This document shows positions 41,768 through 52,483 of a stretch of 64,000 bases of DNA, in pieces; position 1 is the first letter of the stretch, and each line of letters opens with the position of its first letter. The translations under genes were made by a program, and so were the position numbers. The notes under the pieces were generated by a model that saw nothing but the letters and a program-made list of their open reading frames with translations, had not been told where the DNA came from and ran no database searches. Source of the DNA: Nitrosopumilus sp. (lineage in GTDB: Archaea > Thermoproteota > Nitrososphaeria > Nitrososphaerales > Nitrosopumilaceae); contig OZ243974.1 in the NCBI GenBank assembly GCA_965214775.1, positions 1,440,001 through 1,504,000 of the forward strand, read 5' to 3'.

Positions 41768-41888
41768 CAGTCTTCCCAGAAGTAACCTGGAAAACAGCTC
41801 CTGATTTGAGGCAAACCAAATTATGACGCCTGCAGATTCACTCGCCGCCATCTGCACAGTCATGAATCGCGTACTTCTGGGAAGACTG
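41768..41888. mobile_element. MITE family K
   Basis: TIR CAGTCTTCCCAGAAGTA / TACTTCTGGGAAGACTG; AACGAT duplication. Confidence 0.92.
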
Positions 41889-41922
41889 AACGATTAATAA
41901 TCACAATGCACGGAAACCCTCA

Positions 41923-43320
41923 ATGACGGTGGATGCTGTAATTGTCGATTCCCACGTAATTCTTCCGTCTGGAATGGTTGACAAAAACATTGTAATCGAT
42001 GAAGGGAGGGTTGCCGGACTGACAACCGATGTTCCTTCCTGTGATAAAAAAATTAACGGCAATGGCCTGGTCTCGGTTCCGGGAGCCATTGATCCTCACG
42101 TTCATTATGGGGTGTACTCTTCCATTGACAAAGCCGCAAAAACTGAATCGCATGCTGCTGCAATAGGCGGAGTTACAACCATGATGCGAATGCTCCGGTT
42201 GGGAGATTCCTTCTCAAACTCCTTGCAAGATCAATTGGACGCATCCGCGCAAAATCATTACGTTGACTATGCAATCCATGCGTCCGTTTTTAACCCTCGA
42301 CAAATCAGCGAGATGGATATCTGTGTAAAAAAGAGAATCACATCGTTTAAAATCTACATGAATCTTGGGGGGGAAGTCGGACATGTCTACATGGACATGC
42401 CTCCAAATTCTAGCGAACTCGTAGCCGCCAAAGTCAACGTCACTGATGAAATTGTTGAACACGCCGTAAAAACCGCTGCGTCTCTGGGCTGTCCCGTACT
42501 GGTCCATGCCGAAGACTATGAATCATGTGGATGTGGAATCAAAACTGCAAAAGAAAAACACCAGGACGGCCTTTCTGCCTGGTCTGAAAGCCGTTCTCCT
42601 GAATATGAGGCCAAAGCAATCAGAACCGTATCTAAATTTGGAAGAGACTATGGCTGCGTAATCTATTTTGTTCATATTGGCTCTAAACGCGCACTAGAGC
42701 AGATTGAAGAAGAAAAAAAACTCGGGACAAAAATTTTTGTAGAAACATGCCCTCATTATCTGACATTATCCCATGAACAACAGGAGGGATATCTGGCAAA
42801 AGTCATGCCGCCTATCAGATCAACAGACGACAACAAAGCAATCTGGGATGCGTTGTCGTCAAACCGAATTGATACGATAGGGACCGATCATGTTGCAAAC
42901 CAGCTCAAATTGAAACTCGGGGGCGAGAATGTCTGGGATGCACTGGCAGGATTCCCTGGAATCGGAACCGTCTTGCCCTTGTTGCTTGACTACGGAGTTG
43001 GCCAAAACAAGATTACGCTAGAACAGTTTGTAAAGTTTACCAGTAATAATGCAGCTAGGATTTTTGGAATGTTTCCTAAAAAAGGCACTCTGGAAAAATC
43101 ATCAGACGCCGATATTACGATGATTGATCTGAAAAAAGAGAAAAAAGTCTCTTCAGAACTGTTTGGCGGTTTTTCAGATTATGTCGTGTATGAAGGCAGA
43201 AACCTCAAGGGATGGCCCGTCAAAACTCTTGTTAGGGGCCAGCTGGTAGCAGATAATTTTCAAGTCGTTGGAAAACCTGGCCACGGCAAACTTGTTGAGA
43301 GATTTCCTGAAACTGCCTGA
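41923..43320 (+). CDS. Dihydroorotase/dihydropyrimidinase-family cyclic amidohydrolase
   Basis: PGAIDPHVH, FKIYM, VHAED, ETCPHYL, PPIR, GTDH. Confidence 0.9.
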   Translation: MTVDAVIVDSHVILPSGMVDKNIVIDEGRVAGLTTDVPSCDKKINGNGLVSVPGAIDPHVHYGVYSSIDKAAKTESHAAAIGGVTTMMRMLRLGDSFSNSLQDQLDASAQNHYVDYAIHASVFNPRQISEMDICVKKRITSFKIYMNLGGEVGHVYMDMPPNSSELVAAKVNVTDEIVEHAVKTAASLGCPVLVHAEDYESCGCGIKTAKEKHQDGLSAWSESRSPEYEAKAIRTVSKFGRDYGCVIYFVHIGSKRALEQIEEEKKLGTKIFVETCPHYLTLSHEQQEGYLAKVMPPIRSTDDNKAIWDALSSNRIDTIGTDHVANQLKLKLGGENVWDALAGFPGIGTVLPLLLDYGVGQNKITLEQFVKFTSNNAARIFGMFPKKGTLEKSSDADITMIDLKKEKKVSSELFGGFSDYVVYEGRNLKGWPVKTLVRGQLVADNFQVVGKPGHGKLVERFPETA

Positions 43321-43363
43321 CAGTTGCTGTTAGTCTATTATAGTAAGGGATTTTTTCATAATC

Positions 43364-43576
43364 ATGGATCTTGCATCAAAAAAACTTCCGCTGGCTCTGA
43401 TTGGAATTTTGCTGGTCGTTTTGGCAGTCCAAACAGTCAGCAACAGTTCGGTTGAAAAATTCATTGATCCTTCAACATGTGAAATCTGGATAAAGAGTCC
43501 GGAACCTGCCGGACGCCAATATCTGGGAGAATTTGATTCAAAATGCCTGGATTTGAAGAATCTGAGCCGTCCATGA
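43364..43576 (+). CDS. Small secreted/membrane hypothetical protein
   Basis: Hydrophobic N-terminus, two Cys. Confidence 0.65.
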   Translation: MDLASKKLPLALIGILLVVLAVQTVSNSSVEKFIDPSTCEIWIKSPEPAGRQYLGEFDSKCLDLKNLSRP

Positions 43577-43592
43577 TCCGACGTAACCCTGC

Positions 43593-44279
43593 CTAGAGAA
43601 CATCGAATCTTCCACCGGTCTTTGCCTTGTAAATGACATCCGGCTTTCTCAAAAATATGCCTGATTCCAAAACTCCTGGAATCTGCTTGATTTTTTGTGA
43701 CAAAATTCTGGGGTTTTTGATTGTGCCAAAATCACAATCAAGGATTATGTTGCCATTCTCCGTAAAGAAGGGATATCCCCCATCGCCATCCAATGTCCTG
43801 ATTTGGGCATCTCCCCCCAGCTTCAAAATATTCTTTACTACCGAAGCTCTCCCAAGAGGATGAATCTCAACTGGAACAGATCTTGAAAAGTTTTTTACAA
43901 ACTTTGTCGTGTCAGCCATTACGACAACCTTTTTTGCCAAACTAAAAAGAATGTTTTCTCGAAGCAGGGCCCCGCCGCCACCTTTGATGACAAATTTGCC
44001 AGAGTCAATCTGATCTGCTCCGTCAAACACCACGTCGATATGATCGACCTGATCTGCCCCGACTAGGGGAATCCCTCCCTCTTCAGCTGCCAACTTGATC
44101 TGCAGCGATGTTGGAACTCCGACAATGTGTAAATCCCTTACTTTGATTAACTTTGATAGTGATTTTACTAATGCAGTAGCGGCCCTTCCGCTGCCCAAGC
44201 CGACAATCGAACGGTCTTTAACATGTCTTAGCGCGTAGTTTGACAATGCCTTGATGGCATCATCAAAGGGGGAGGACAA
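43593..44279 (-). CDS. rpiA: Ribose-5-phosphate isomerase A
   Basis: GLGSG, DGADQ, IKGGGGALLRE. Confidence 0.95.
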   Translation of the reverse strand: MSSPFDDAIKALSNYALRHVKDRSIVGLGSGRAATALVKSLSKLIKVRDLHIVGVPTSLQIKLAAEEGGIPLVGADQVDHIDVVFDGADQIDSGKFVIKGGGGALLRENILFSLAKKVVVMADTTKFVKNFSRSVPVEIHPLGRASVVKNILKLGGDAQIRTLDGDGGYPFFTENGNIILDCDFGTIKNPRILSQKIKQIPGVLESGIFLRKPDVIYKAKTGGRFDVL

Positions 44280-45257
44280 TCACTCTACCTCAGCTTGGTC
44301 AAGCCTTGTTAGAACTTTCATGATGTTGCCCTTGATTTTGTCCAAATCGTCGGCATCCTCATCAAAGTCCTCATCAAGATTTGTAATCTTTGGCCTCTCT
44401 TCTTTTTCCGGAAGTGCCTTGTGTTTTGTAATCTTTGCAACTTCCTTTGTGATGTCGGGGCTGCCGGTTTCGATTTTTGGGCGAGGCTTCTTTGGAGCAA
44501 CTGACTCGATTATCTCAATTTTATCATCAACCTTTGGTTTTGGTTGTGGAATCTCTGCGACAATCTCCTCTTCTTTCTGGGCAATCTCGGGTTGATAAAC
44601 TCGGGGCTGTGGCATCGGCCTTGGTGCTTTTCCCGGTTCCTCTTTTTCAACAAATGGGAACTTGGGTTCTGCCCTTGAAACGTCTGTGAGCGTAGTCAAT
44701 TCAAATGACTGCCCTGACTTTGCAGGCAGAACTGTTGCCGGTTGGGCTTTTGTCTGCCTTGGTTTTTCAAAATTAAAAGTACTTTTGAGGGACTCTTTTG
44801 CCTTGGATCTTTCCTGCTGCTTGGTTTGTGTCTGCCTTGACTCTTCGGCTTTGACTGAAACCATCTTGGATGACAATTCATAGAGCCTGTCATCCAGCTT
44901 TGATAATTTTTGATCCATCAATGTTATCAGACCGTCTCCAACCGGGCCTAGATCCGGATGTTTGCTAGCTTGATCCAGCTTTTCTAATCTGGCCAGAACA
45001 ATTCCCAGCTGGTGCTGATATTTCAACAGCAGCTTGTCTTTTTGAACTCTTGAAAATCCAGCATCGTCTTGGTATAGTCTGGAAATTGTCTTAGCTAGGA
45101 TGTCTTTTTCTATGCTCAAAGAATTGATTTGATTTTTGATGTGTGAACTTGCACCAAGACTCAGTATCTGATTTTTGTCTCTTGGCATCCTTTTTACAGC
45201 TGCTGCCGTAGCTACGCCTGCCAACGAACTAAGAATAATGGGGGCAATCTCTAACAT
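44280..45257 (-). CDS. Hypothetical coiled-coil protein
   Basis: 325-aa ORF tightly packed in the operon. Confidence 0.75.
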   Translation of the reverse strand: MLEIAPIILSSLAGVATAAAVKRMPRDKNQILSLGASSHIKNQINSLSIEKDILAKTISRLYQDDAGFSRVQKDKLLLKYQHQLGIVLARLEKLDQASKHPDLGPVGDGLITLMDQKLSKLDDRLYELSSKMVSVKAEESRQTQTKQQERSKAKESLKSTFNFEKPRQTKAQPATVLPAKSGQSFELTTLTDVSRAEPKFPFVEKEEPGKAPRPMPQPRVYQPEIAQKEEEIVAEIPQPKPKVDDKIEIIESVAPKKPRPKIETGSPDITKEVAKITKHKALPEKEERPKITNLDEDFDEDADDLDKIKGNIMKVLTRLDQAEVE

Positions 45258-45425
45258 CTATGTATACCATTTGATCCAGGAATATTTTCTTCTTTTGGCC
45301 TCTGGGAATCCACAACTGGCGCACCTGTGATGACGCCTGTGAAGTGAGTTTTTACCACATCGCCTGCATCTGATGTGTACCTTCTTTTTTGTAAAACCCC
45401 CCATGGAAGTTGTACCCTTTACCAT
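45258..45425 (-). CDS. rpl37e: 50S ribosomal protein L37e (not in ORF track)
   Basis: [41 protein letters not shown]. Confidence 0.95.
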   Translation of the reverse strand: MVKGTTSMGGFTKKKVHIRCRRCGKNSLHRRHHRCASCGFPEAKRRKYSWIKWYT

Positions 45426-45434
45426 CTGGATCAC

Positions 45435-45671
45435 CTAATTTTGCGCCGGTGGAGGAGATATCATGACCACATTGTCTCCCCTGACCACGATGGAACCAAG
45501 GCCTCTTGCATCGCCTTCAGCAGGAATCTCCTCTGAAGAGTCGAGTAGCAGATTCATGTGTTGGTCAAAACCTAAAAGATTGCCTCTAATTGTCTTGCCA
45601 CCCTTGAGCTTTATCAATACCATCTGATTGATACTCTCATCTAGTACTTTAACTGCCATATCAACGGACAT
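45435..45671 (-). CDS. Sm/Lsm family RNA-binding protein
   Basis: GNLLGFDQHMNLLL, VRGDNV; adjacent to L37e. Confidence 0.95.
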   Translation of the reverse strand: MSVDMAVKVLDESINQMVLIKLKGGKTIRGNLLGFDQHMNLLLDSSEEIPAEGDARGLGSIVVRGDNVVMISPPPAQN

Positions 45672-45728
45672 TTATTTCACTTATTGGCTTTGATACTGAG
45701 GGATTATATTAAAATTTCATTGGTAAAA

Positions 45729-46451
45729 CTATGAGCTGTCTCCAGTAAGACAAGTTTGACACCTTTTTCCAAGGTTTTTGACGATTTCAGCTAAAATTCT
45801 CTGTCCGTCTTTTTTTGTCGCCTTTGTCGGATTTCCCCAAATTCCATTCCTTGTGGCCTTGGGAAACGACTCATTTGCAAGTTTCCCCAATTTTTTGATT
45901 TCCTGCCCTGACATGCCATCTGTAATCAGCCCCTTTTTGGCCCTGCTCATCCTGACATTCCTTGAAATTGCCAGCATCAGAGACGTTTCAACAAATCCTG
46001 CATGATCAAACTCTCCTTTGATAAAGTGCCAATATGAAAATGAAAATACTCTGAGCCTGCCGTTTGTGAGCTTTTTTAGTTTAAGGTCGATGTTTTTTAG
46101 CGGTCTCAAATTTCCATGGTGGCCATTAATGACGAAAACTGTCTTGATTTTGTTTTCCAGCAATGATACACACAGATCACTTACCATCAAACGCAAAGTT
46201 GACTCTCTGATGCTTAGATTGAAAAACGGGGCATGCTCAAACGAGACTCCGTACGTGATCGTGGGAAGCAGCTGAAACCCCTTCTTTTCGGCAATTCTCT
46301 TTGAGACCTCTGTAACTATGTCCGAATCAGTAGATATGGGCAAGTGTGGACCGTGCTGCTCAATTGATCCGATTGGAATTATTGCCGCTTGGCTCTTGTT
46401 TCTGATGGCTTTTCTTAACTCAGGATCAAACCTGGCCTTGATTTCTGTCAT
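45729..46451 (-). CDS. Creatininase family protein
   Basis: PIGSIEQHGPHLP, NGHHGN, DHAGFVETS. Confidence 0.92.
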   Translation of the reverse strand: MTEIKARFDPELRKAIRNKSQAAIIPIGSIEQHGPHLPISTDSDIVTEVSKRIAEKKGFQLLPTITYGVSFEHAPFFNLSIRESTLRLMVSDLCVSLLENKIKTVFVINGHHGNLRPLKNIDLKLKKLTNGRLRVFSFSYWHFIKGEFDHAGFVETSLMLAISRNVRMSRAKKGLITDGMSGQEIKKLGKLANESFPKATRNGIWGNPTKATKKDGQRILAEIVKNLGKRCQTCLTGDSS

Positions 46452-46456
46452 TTCAT

Positions 46457-47299
46457 TTACTTGGCCTTGATGTGAACTTTTCTCCAGCGAACTTCTAGCT
46501 TGTTTTCTAGATGCATCTTGACTGCCTTGAGCAGAGTCTCTGCCTCTAGCTTTTGTCCTTTGGATTTTATTCTTTCAAGCGTGTCGTTTGGATCCACCTT
46601 GAAGGAATCTTGAAAAATAATCGGCCCTTGATCCAAGTTTTCTGTTACATAATGAGACGTAACACCGACAATCTTTGTTCCTCTTTCAAACGCCTGTGCA
46701 TATGCCAGTGCCCCCGGAAACGCCGGAAGCAGTGACGGGTGAATGTTGATGATTCTGTTTGGATACCTCCATACAAAATTCGGCGTTAAGATTCGCATGT
46801 ATCTGGCCAAGGCAATCAGATCTACGTTGTATCTTTTACAAATTTCAATGAGTTTGTCTTCTGCCTTTTGCTGATTCTTTTCTTCAATTGCAACAAATGG
46901 AACTTTTGCCTTTTTGGCAATCGGCTCAAGCGTTTTTTCCGTCCCCACGATTACTGAAAGATTTCCTTTTAATGACTTTGCGTTATCCAGTATTGTTTGA
47001 AGACACAGCGGCTCTCTGGTTACAAAAACCGCGATGTTCTTTTGTGAATTTGTCTCATGGTGTGTACTGACATCCATCCTCTCCTTTTTAGCTAATTTTT
47101 GTATCTCCGAACCGAAACTGCCTACGTTGATTGATCTTGAAAATGAGACCTCCAGATACATTCCAAAAAGACCCTTGACGACGTTTTGATTCACCTTTTC
47201 AATGTTGCCCCCTTTTGAAAACACAAAGTTTGTAAAGGCAGCTACGATTCCTTCTGCGTCCTTTCCCACTACTGTGATTCCTACGACTGTTTTTTTCAT
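46457..47299 (-). CDS. purU: Formyltetrahydrofolate deformylase
   Basis: ACT domain; LARYMRIL, INIHPSLLPAFPGA, LDQGPII. Confidence 0.92.
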   Translation of the reverse strand: MKKTVVGITVVGKDAEGIVAAFTNFVFSKGGNIEKVNQNVVKGLFGMYLEVSFSRSINVGSFGSEIQKLAKKERMDVSTHHETNSQKNIAVFVTREPLCLQTILDNAKSLKGNLSVIVGTEKTLEPIAKKAKVPFVAIEEKNQQKAEDKLIEICKRYNVDLIALARYMRILTPNFVWRYPNRIINIHPSLLPAFPGALAYAQAFERGTKIVGVTSHYVTENLDQGPIIFQDSFKVDPNDTLERIKSKGQKLEAETLLKAVKMHLENKLEVRWRKVHIKAK

Positions 47300-47358
47300 G
47301 ACTTTGTTTGTTTTTTGGGGTTTTTCTCATTATTAATCATTCACGGAGTCAACTGTGG

Positions 47359-47443
47359 TGCGGGAGGTGGGATTTGAACCCACGAACTCCTGAAAGATAG
47401 GGTCCTAAGCCCTACGCCTTTGACCAGGCTGGGCGACTCCCGC
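47359..47443 (-). tRNA. tRNA-Leu(TAG)
   Basis: Cloverleaf with long variable arm; TAGGG-CTTAGGA-CCCTA. Confidence 0.95.
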
Positions 47444-47478
47444 AACGGGACTGCCATTAAACACAAATTTATCTATTA

Positions 47479-48843
47479 TTGCAATATGTTGTGGCGAAAT
47501 TTTTCGGAACAAATGGAATTCGTGGCGTATTTTCTGAGGATTTCACACTGGAATTCGTCCATGACATGACTCTGGCAATCGGAACTTTTTTTCAAAAAGG
47601 GCCAATCTTAGTTGGGTTTGATGGCCGTCAATCAAGCCCCGTAATAGGCAAGGCTGTAAGTTCGGCTCTGAATTCAATTGGAATAGACTGTAATGTTGCC
47701 GGACTTGTCCCGACTCCGTGTCTGGAATACGCTGTAAAGACTTTGGGATACTCGGGAGGAATAATGATCACTGCATCCCACAATCCTCCCCAATACAACG
47801 GAATAAAGCCTGCAGCTGGTGATGGTGTTGAAATTTCAAGGGAGGACGAACTAGTCATTGAAGACATCTACCTCCGGAAACGTTGGATTCAAAATCCACC
47901 AGGATGGGGCGCAACCGGAACCGAGGATCGTGCGATTCAAACATATCTTGACGGAATCGCCTCACAAGTTGATTCCAAGCTGATAGAATCAAAAAATTTC
48001 AAAGTCGTATTGGATTTGGGCAACGGGGTACAAGCTGTTGCTGCCCCTGAGTTTGCCAGAATGCTAAACTGCCAAACGTTTCTCGTAAATGAAAAAGTGG
48101 ATGGCAACTTTCCTGGAAGGGGCTCTGAACCCACTCCGCAGAACCTGTCAGAGCTATCAAGGGCCGTGGTGGAAAACAATGCTGATCTCGGAGTTGCATT
48201 TGACGGCGATGGGGACAGGAGTATCTTCTGTGACAACAAAGGGGGGATCCTGACCGGTGACAAGTCTGCACTGGCATTGACACGGCATATACTGCAAAAA
48301 AATCCCAGTTCCTTGGTTGTTACATGTCTGAATTCCGGCTCAAACATTGAGACTTTGGCAGAAAAATTCGGTTCCAAAGTCATCCGTACAAAAGTTGGAA
48401 GCGTGGAAGTTTCAAGAAAGATGGTTTCTATTAATGCCTTGGTTGGTTTTGAAGAAAATGGGGGCTTTATGTTTGGAAGACATAACCAAGTAAGAGACGG
48501 ATGCATGGCTTTGGCACTGATGCTGGAATTGCTGGCCTCATCACCTGAAGGCTCACTCTCTGACGAAATTCAAAAATTGCCTTCCTCATTTACTGCCAAA
48601 GACAAAGTTGCCTGCCCCCCTGAAAAAGTCCCGATCCTGCTCTATGCCCTAAGGGAGGAATTCCCGGACTCTGATGCCACTGATGGCATCAAAATCATGC
48701 TGGCTCCAAAAAACTGGGTGATGGTTCGCCCCAGCGGGACAGAACCAATTGTCAGGGTGTATGCCGAAGCTGAAAGTCAAGAGAAACTAGATGATTTAAT
48801 GTCTGAATATCTCCAAAAAGTAAATTCCGTCATTGCCAGATAA
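47479..48843 (+). CDS. glmM: Phosphoglucosamine mutase (phosphohexomutase family)
   Basis: FGTNGIRG, TASHNP, DGDGDR, VRPSGTEP. Confidence 0.85.
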   Translation: MQYVVAKFFGTNGIRGVFSEDFTLEFVHDMTLAIGTFFQKGPILVGFDGRQSSPVIGKAVSSALNSIGIDCNVAGLVPTPCLEYAVKTLGYSGGIMITASHNPPQYNGIKPAAGDGVEISREDELVIEDIYLRKRWIQNPPGWGATGTEDRAIQTYLDGIASQVDSKLIESKNFKVVLDLGNGVQAVAAPEFARMLNCQTFLVNEKVDGNFPGRGSEPTPQNLSELSRAVVENNADLGVAFDGDGDRSIFCDNKGGILTGDKSALALTRHILQKNPSSLVVTCLNSGSNIETLAEKFGSKVIRTKVGSVEVSRKMVSINALVGFEENGGFMFGRHNQVRDGCMALALMLELLASSPEGSLSDEIQKLPSSFTAKDKVACPPEKVPILLYALREEFPDSDATDGIKIMLAPKNWVMVRPSGTEPIVRVYAEAESQEKLDDLMSEYLQKVNSVIAR

Positions 48844-48907
48844 CACTTTTAAAACCAAGCTGGAGGATGAAGGGAATGGAGAATGAACCCTAGGGTGACG
48901 ATGAAGT

Positions 48908-49294
48908 ATGGGAAAAGCATATTATGTTAAATTTGAGACGCCAGAGGATCTCGTTAACCCGATCTTAGAGGCCATTAGAGTGGCTTCCACCAGCGGCAAA
49001 GTCAAGAAAGGGACCAACGAGGCAACCAAGGCAATAGAGCGCGGTACCAGCAAACTGATTGTTATTGCCGAAGATGTTGAACCACCAGAGGTAGTAGCCC
49101 ATCTTCCAATTCTATGCGAAGAGCAAGGTGCAGCATTTGCATTTGTTCCAAGCAAGCAAGAACTAGGAAAGTCATTGGGAATCGACATTACTTCTGCCGC
49201 TGCAGCAATCTTGGATGCCGGTGATGCACAGCACATAGTAGACCAGGTTGTATCATCGATTGCTGGAATTAAGGGCGGTAAGAGTAAGGAATGA
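48908..49294 (+). CDS. rpl7ae: 50S ribosomal protein L7Ae
   Basis: [21 protein letters not shown]. Confidence 0.97.
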   Translation: MGKAYYVKFETPEDLVNPILEAIRVASTSGKVKKGTNEATKAIERGTSKLIVIAEDVEPPEVVAHLPILCEEQGAAFAFVPSKQELGKSLGIDITSAAAAILDAGDAQHIVDQVVSSIAGIKGGKSKE

Positions 49295-49509
49295 GCGCAG
49301 CAGCTACTGCTGAGGAAGTAATACAGTCTGAAATTATTCAAATTGTTGGACGTACTGGCATTGCCGGCGAAGTCATTCAAGTCAGGGTCAAGGTTCTTAC
49401 AGGCGAGGATAAAGGAAGAATTCTTACAAGAAACGTAAAAGGTTCTGTTAGAATGGGAGAAATCCTGATGCTAAGAGAAACAGAAAGAGAAGCAAAGAAG
49501 ATCAAGTAG
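49291..49509 (+). CDS. rps28e: 30S ribosomal protein S28e
   Basis: [22 protein letters not shown]. Confidence 0.97.
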   Translation: MSAAATAEEVIQSEIIQIVGRTGIAGEVIQVRVKVLTGEDKGRILTRNVKGSVRMGEILMLRETEREAKKIK

Positions 49510-49522
49510 GTTGGGCGTTTGG

Positions 49523-49723
49523 ATGAGTCTTTTAGTTAAACCGTGTAGTTTCTGTGACCGACCTGTTGCAAAAGGTTCAGGAACCATGCTGGCAAAAAAT
49601 GACGGTACTGTTTTGTGGTTCTGCTCTGCAAAATGCAAAAAGAACGCATTGGAACTTAAGCGAGACCCAAGAAAACTAAAGTGGACCAAAAAATACGTCA
49701 AAGGTGGAATTAAAAGAAAGTAA
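49523..49723 (+). CDS. rpl24e: 50S ribosomal protein L24e
   Basis: CSFC, FCSAKC, PRKLKWT. Confidence 0.95.
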   Translation: MSLLVKPCSFCDRPVAKGSGTMLAKNDGTVLWFCSAKCKKNALELKRDPRKLKWTKKYVKGGIKRK

Positions 49724-49724
49724 A

Positions 49725-50126
49725 TTGACCGAACAAACGTTATTCATTGTAAAGCCAGATGCAGTATCCAGAAATCTGGTAGGCCAAGTCATTTCCAGAT
49801 TTGAGAAAAAAGGCTTTAAAATTTCAAAATTAAAGATGCTCACATTTACACAAGAACAGGCAGAAAAGTTCTATGACGTGCATAAAGACAAACCGTTCTT
49901 TGGAGAATTGACATCATTTATCACTTCGGGTCCCGTAGTAGCTGCAATTATTGAAGGAAACAATGCAATTGCCACTACAAGGATCATGATTGGCGCAACA
50001 AAATCATTTGAGGCGGCGCCCGGTTCCATTAGGGGCGACTTTGGACTTGGATTTAGCGAAAACATAATTCATGCATCAGATTCGCAAGAAAGCTTTGATC
50101 ACGAATCGAGGGTAGCATTTGAGTGA
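49725..50126 (+). CDS. ndk: Nucleoside diphosphate kinase
   Basis: VKPDAV, PGSIRGDFG, NIIHASD. Confidence 0.97.
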   Translation: MTEQTLFIVKPDAVSRNLVGQVISRFEKKGFKISKLKMLTFTQEQAEKFYDVHKDKPFFGELTSFITSGPVVAAIIEGNNAIATTRIMIGATKSFEAAPGSIRGDFGLGFSENIIHASDSQESFDHESRVAFE

Positions 50127-50132
50127 TCTGTC

Positions 50133-51914
50133 TTGCAAATTCGTCAGCCCATAGTGGCAGTTCTAGGACACGTAGACTCTGGCAAAACATCTCTTCTGGA
50201 TAGAATTCGCGGAACCGGTGTTCAAGGCAGAGAAGCCGGCGGAATTACCCAGCATATTGGCGCCAGTTTTCTTCCAACAAAAACAATCAGGGAGACATGT
50301 GGCACACTGTACAAACAACTCGAAAAATCTGAAAACCAAGTTCCTGGAATTTTGGTTATCGACACTCCGGGCCACGAGGTTTTTACAAATCTTCGCTCAC
50401 GAGGAGGCTCTGCAGCTGATATAGCAATCCTGGTCGTCGACGTAAACCGTGGATTTCAAATGCAAACCAATGAAAGCTTGAAAATTCTACAAGGCAGAAA
50501 GGTTCCGTTTGTTGTTGCACTGAACAAATGTGACCAAATCTCAGGATGGAGAAAGTCAGAAACACAATTCATCTCACAGGCAATCAAGGAGCAGGATGCC
50601 TCCATTCAAACAGATCTTGATCAGAAAATCTATGACGTTGTAGGCACTTTGTCAGTTTTAGGCTACCGGTCTGAGGCATTTTACCGTGTAAAGGATTTCA
50701 AATCTGAAATTGCAATCGTTCCAATCTCTGCCAGATCCGGCGTTGGAATTCCTGAATTGTTGAGTGTCCTGGTAGGATTGACCCAGCAATATCTCCAAAA
50801 AAGGCTGGATCAGCAAGAGAAGGAACCCAGGGGAATTGTTCTTGAAGTAAACGATGAGGTGGGATTGGGCCAAACTGCAAACATAATCCTCATTGACGGC
50901 TCTATAAGAAAGGAGGACAGCATCGTTGTGGCAAAAAGGGATTCCGTTGTTGTTGCAAAACCCAAAGCGCTGTTGCTGCCAAAACCTCTTGATGAGATGA
51001 GGGATCCCAGAGACAAATTCAACCAAGTCCCACAGGTGGATGCGGCTGCAGGATTGAAGATTGCATCTCCCGAACTTGAGGGGGTCTTGCCTGGAAGCAC
51101 TCTTTATGTTGCATCAAATGACGAGGAAGTTGCAAAATATGCCAAACAGATTGCATCTGAAATGAAGTCCGTATTCGTAGACACTGAGACCAGTGGAATT
51201 ACCTTGAAATGTGATACGATAGGATCACTTGAAGCCATTGTTCAAATGCTTGCACACTCTCAAGTGCCTGTTGCCAAGGCTGACATCGGTCCGGTAAACC
51301 GGCGTGATATTATGGAAGCAAAGGCAATCAAAGACAAGGACAGACACCTAGGAATTGTCCTGGCATTTAACGTAAAAATTTTGCCTGATGCAAGGGACGA
51401 ATCAGAAGACAGTCACATCAAAATCTTTGAGGATAAGGTAATCTACAGTCTGATAGATAATTACAATGGATGGGTTGAAGAGGATTCTGCAAACGAAGAG
51501 GATGCAATATTTTCCGAGCTAACGCCAATTTGCAAATTCACATTTATGAAGGGAATGGTTTTCAGAAATAGCAACCCTGCGGTTTTTGGCGTCAGGGTGG
51601 ACGTGGGAACCTTGAAACAAAAAGTTACGTTTATGAACGCGGCTGGCAGGAAGGTTGGGGTTGTACACCAGCTTCAGCTGGATAAAAAGACCGTATCCTC
51701 AGCTAGAGCCGGAGATGAAGTTGCTTGTTCTGTTCAGGATGCAACGGTTGGAAGGCAACTGTTTGAAGAGGACGTGTACTATACGCTTCCGCCTTCACAT
51801 GAGGCAAAACTACTGCTTGACAAATTCATGCACAAACTTGGCACTGAAGAGCAGGAGGCTCTTGGTGAAATAGTCAGAATTCAAAGGCAAAGAGAGGCGG
51901 CTTACGGCTACTAG
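50133..51914 (+). CDS. infB: Translation initiation factor aIF5B (IF-2)
   Basis: GHVDSGKT, EAGGITQHIGA, DTPGH, NKCD. Confidence 0.97.
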   Translation: MQIRQPIVAVLGHVDSGKTSLLDRIRGTGVQGREAGGITQHIGASFLPTKTIRETCGTLYKQLEKSENQVPGILVIDTPGHEVFTNLRSRGGSAADIAILVVDVNRGFQMQTNESLKILQGRKVPFVVALNKCDQISGWRKSETQFISQAIKEQDASIQTDLDQKIYDVVGTLSVLGYRSEAFYRVKDFKSEIAIVPISARSGVGIPELLSVLVGLTQQYLQKRLDQQEKEPRGIVLEVNDEVGLGQTANIILIDGSIRKEDSIVVAKRDSVVVAKPKALLLPKPLDEMRDPRDKFNQVPQVDAAAGLKIASPELEGVLPGSTLYVASNDEEVAKYAKQIASEMKSVFVDTETSGITLKCDTIGSLEAIVQMLAHSQVPVAKADIGPVNRRDIMEAKAIKDKDRHLGIVLAFNVKILPDARDESEDSHIKIFEDKVIYSLIDNYNGWVEEDSANEEDAIFSELTPICKFTFMKGMVFRNSNPAVFGVRVDVGTLKQKVTFMNAAGRKVGVVHQLQLDKKTVSSARAGDEVACSVQDATVGRQLFEEDVYYTLPPSHEAKLLLDKFMHKLGTEEQEALGEIVRIQRQREAAYGY

Positions 51915-52318
51915 TCTTCTTTAGAGTGTTTTTTGCAGATCATATGGATGCCGGGAGCTCCGACTGCCCCTGTCATCTGATCAACTACCATGCCGGCCTT
52001 GAACATGATAAATGTGGGAATTGACTGTACCCCATACTTCATTGAAATGCCCTGGTTTTGGTCTACATTTATCCTTGCAAATTTTATTTTAGGATATTTT
52101 TTATCCAAACTCTCAAAAACCGGATGCATCATTTTGCATGGACCGCACCATTCTGCCCAAAAATCCACCAGTGTTGGGGTTTCTGACGATATTATTTGTT
52201 GAAAGTTCGAATCATCCAAATCAGCTATTCCCGGTTCTGTCTGTGGCTGATTTTGCTGTCTTAGCATCTCTTCTAGTTTTCTTTGTTTGATCTTTTCAAT
52301 TTCCGGATCTTCAGACAT
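51911..52318 (-). CDS. Thioredoxin with N-terminal extension
   Basis: DFWAEWCGPC. Confidence 0.93.
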   Translation of the reverse strand: MSEDPEIEKIKQRKLEEMLRQQNQPQTEPGIADLDDSNFQQIISSETPTLVDFWAEWCGPCKMMHPVFESLDKKYPKIKFARINVDQNQGISMKYGVQSIPTFIMFKAGMVVDQMTGAVGAPGIHMICKKHSKED

Positions 52319-52362
52319 TGAGATAAGAAAATCCTTTCTCCTAAAAAATCTATGTCAGACTG

Positions 52363-52483
52363 CGGTCTTCCCAGATGTACGCGACTCATAGTGGTGCAGG
52401 CAGCTGCATGCGGATTTGCAGACATCATAATCTGAATTGTGTCAAATGTGGAGCCGTTTTTCTGGGAACTTCTGGGAAGACTG
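52363..52483. mobile_element. MITE family K (reverse orientation)
   Basis: GACTG duplication; matches 20178-20298. Confidence 0.9.

Noticed and set aside
41650-47443. tRNA genes as integration sites
   Set aside because: No duplicated tRNA 3' end or adjacent integrase seen in the window
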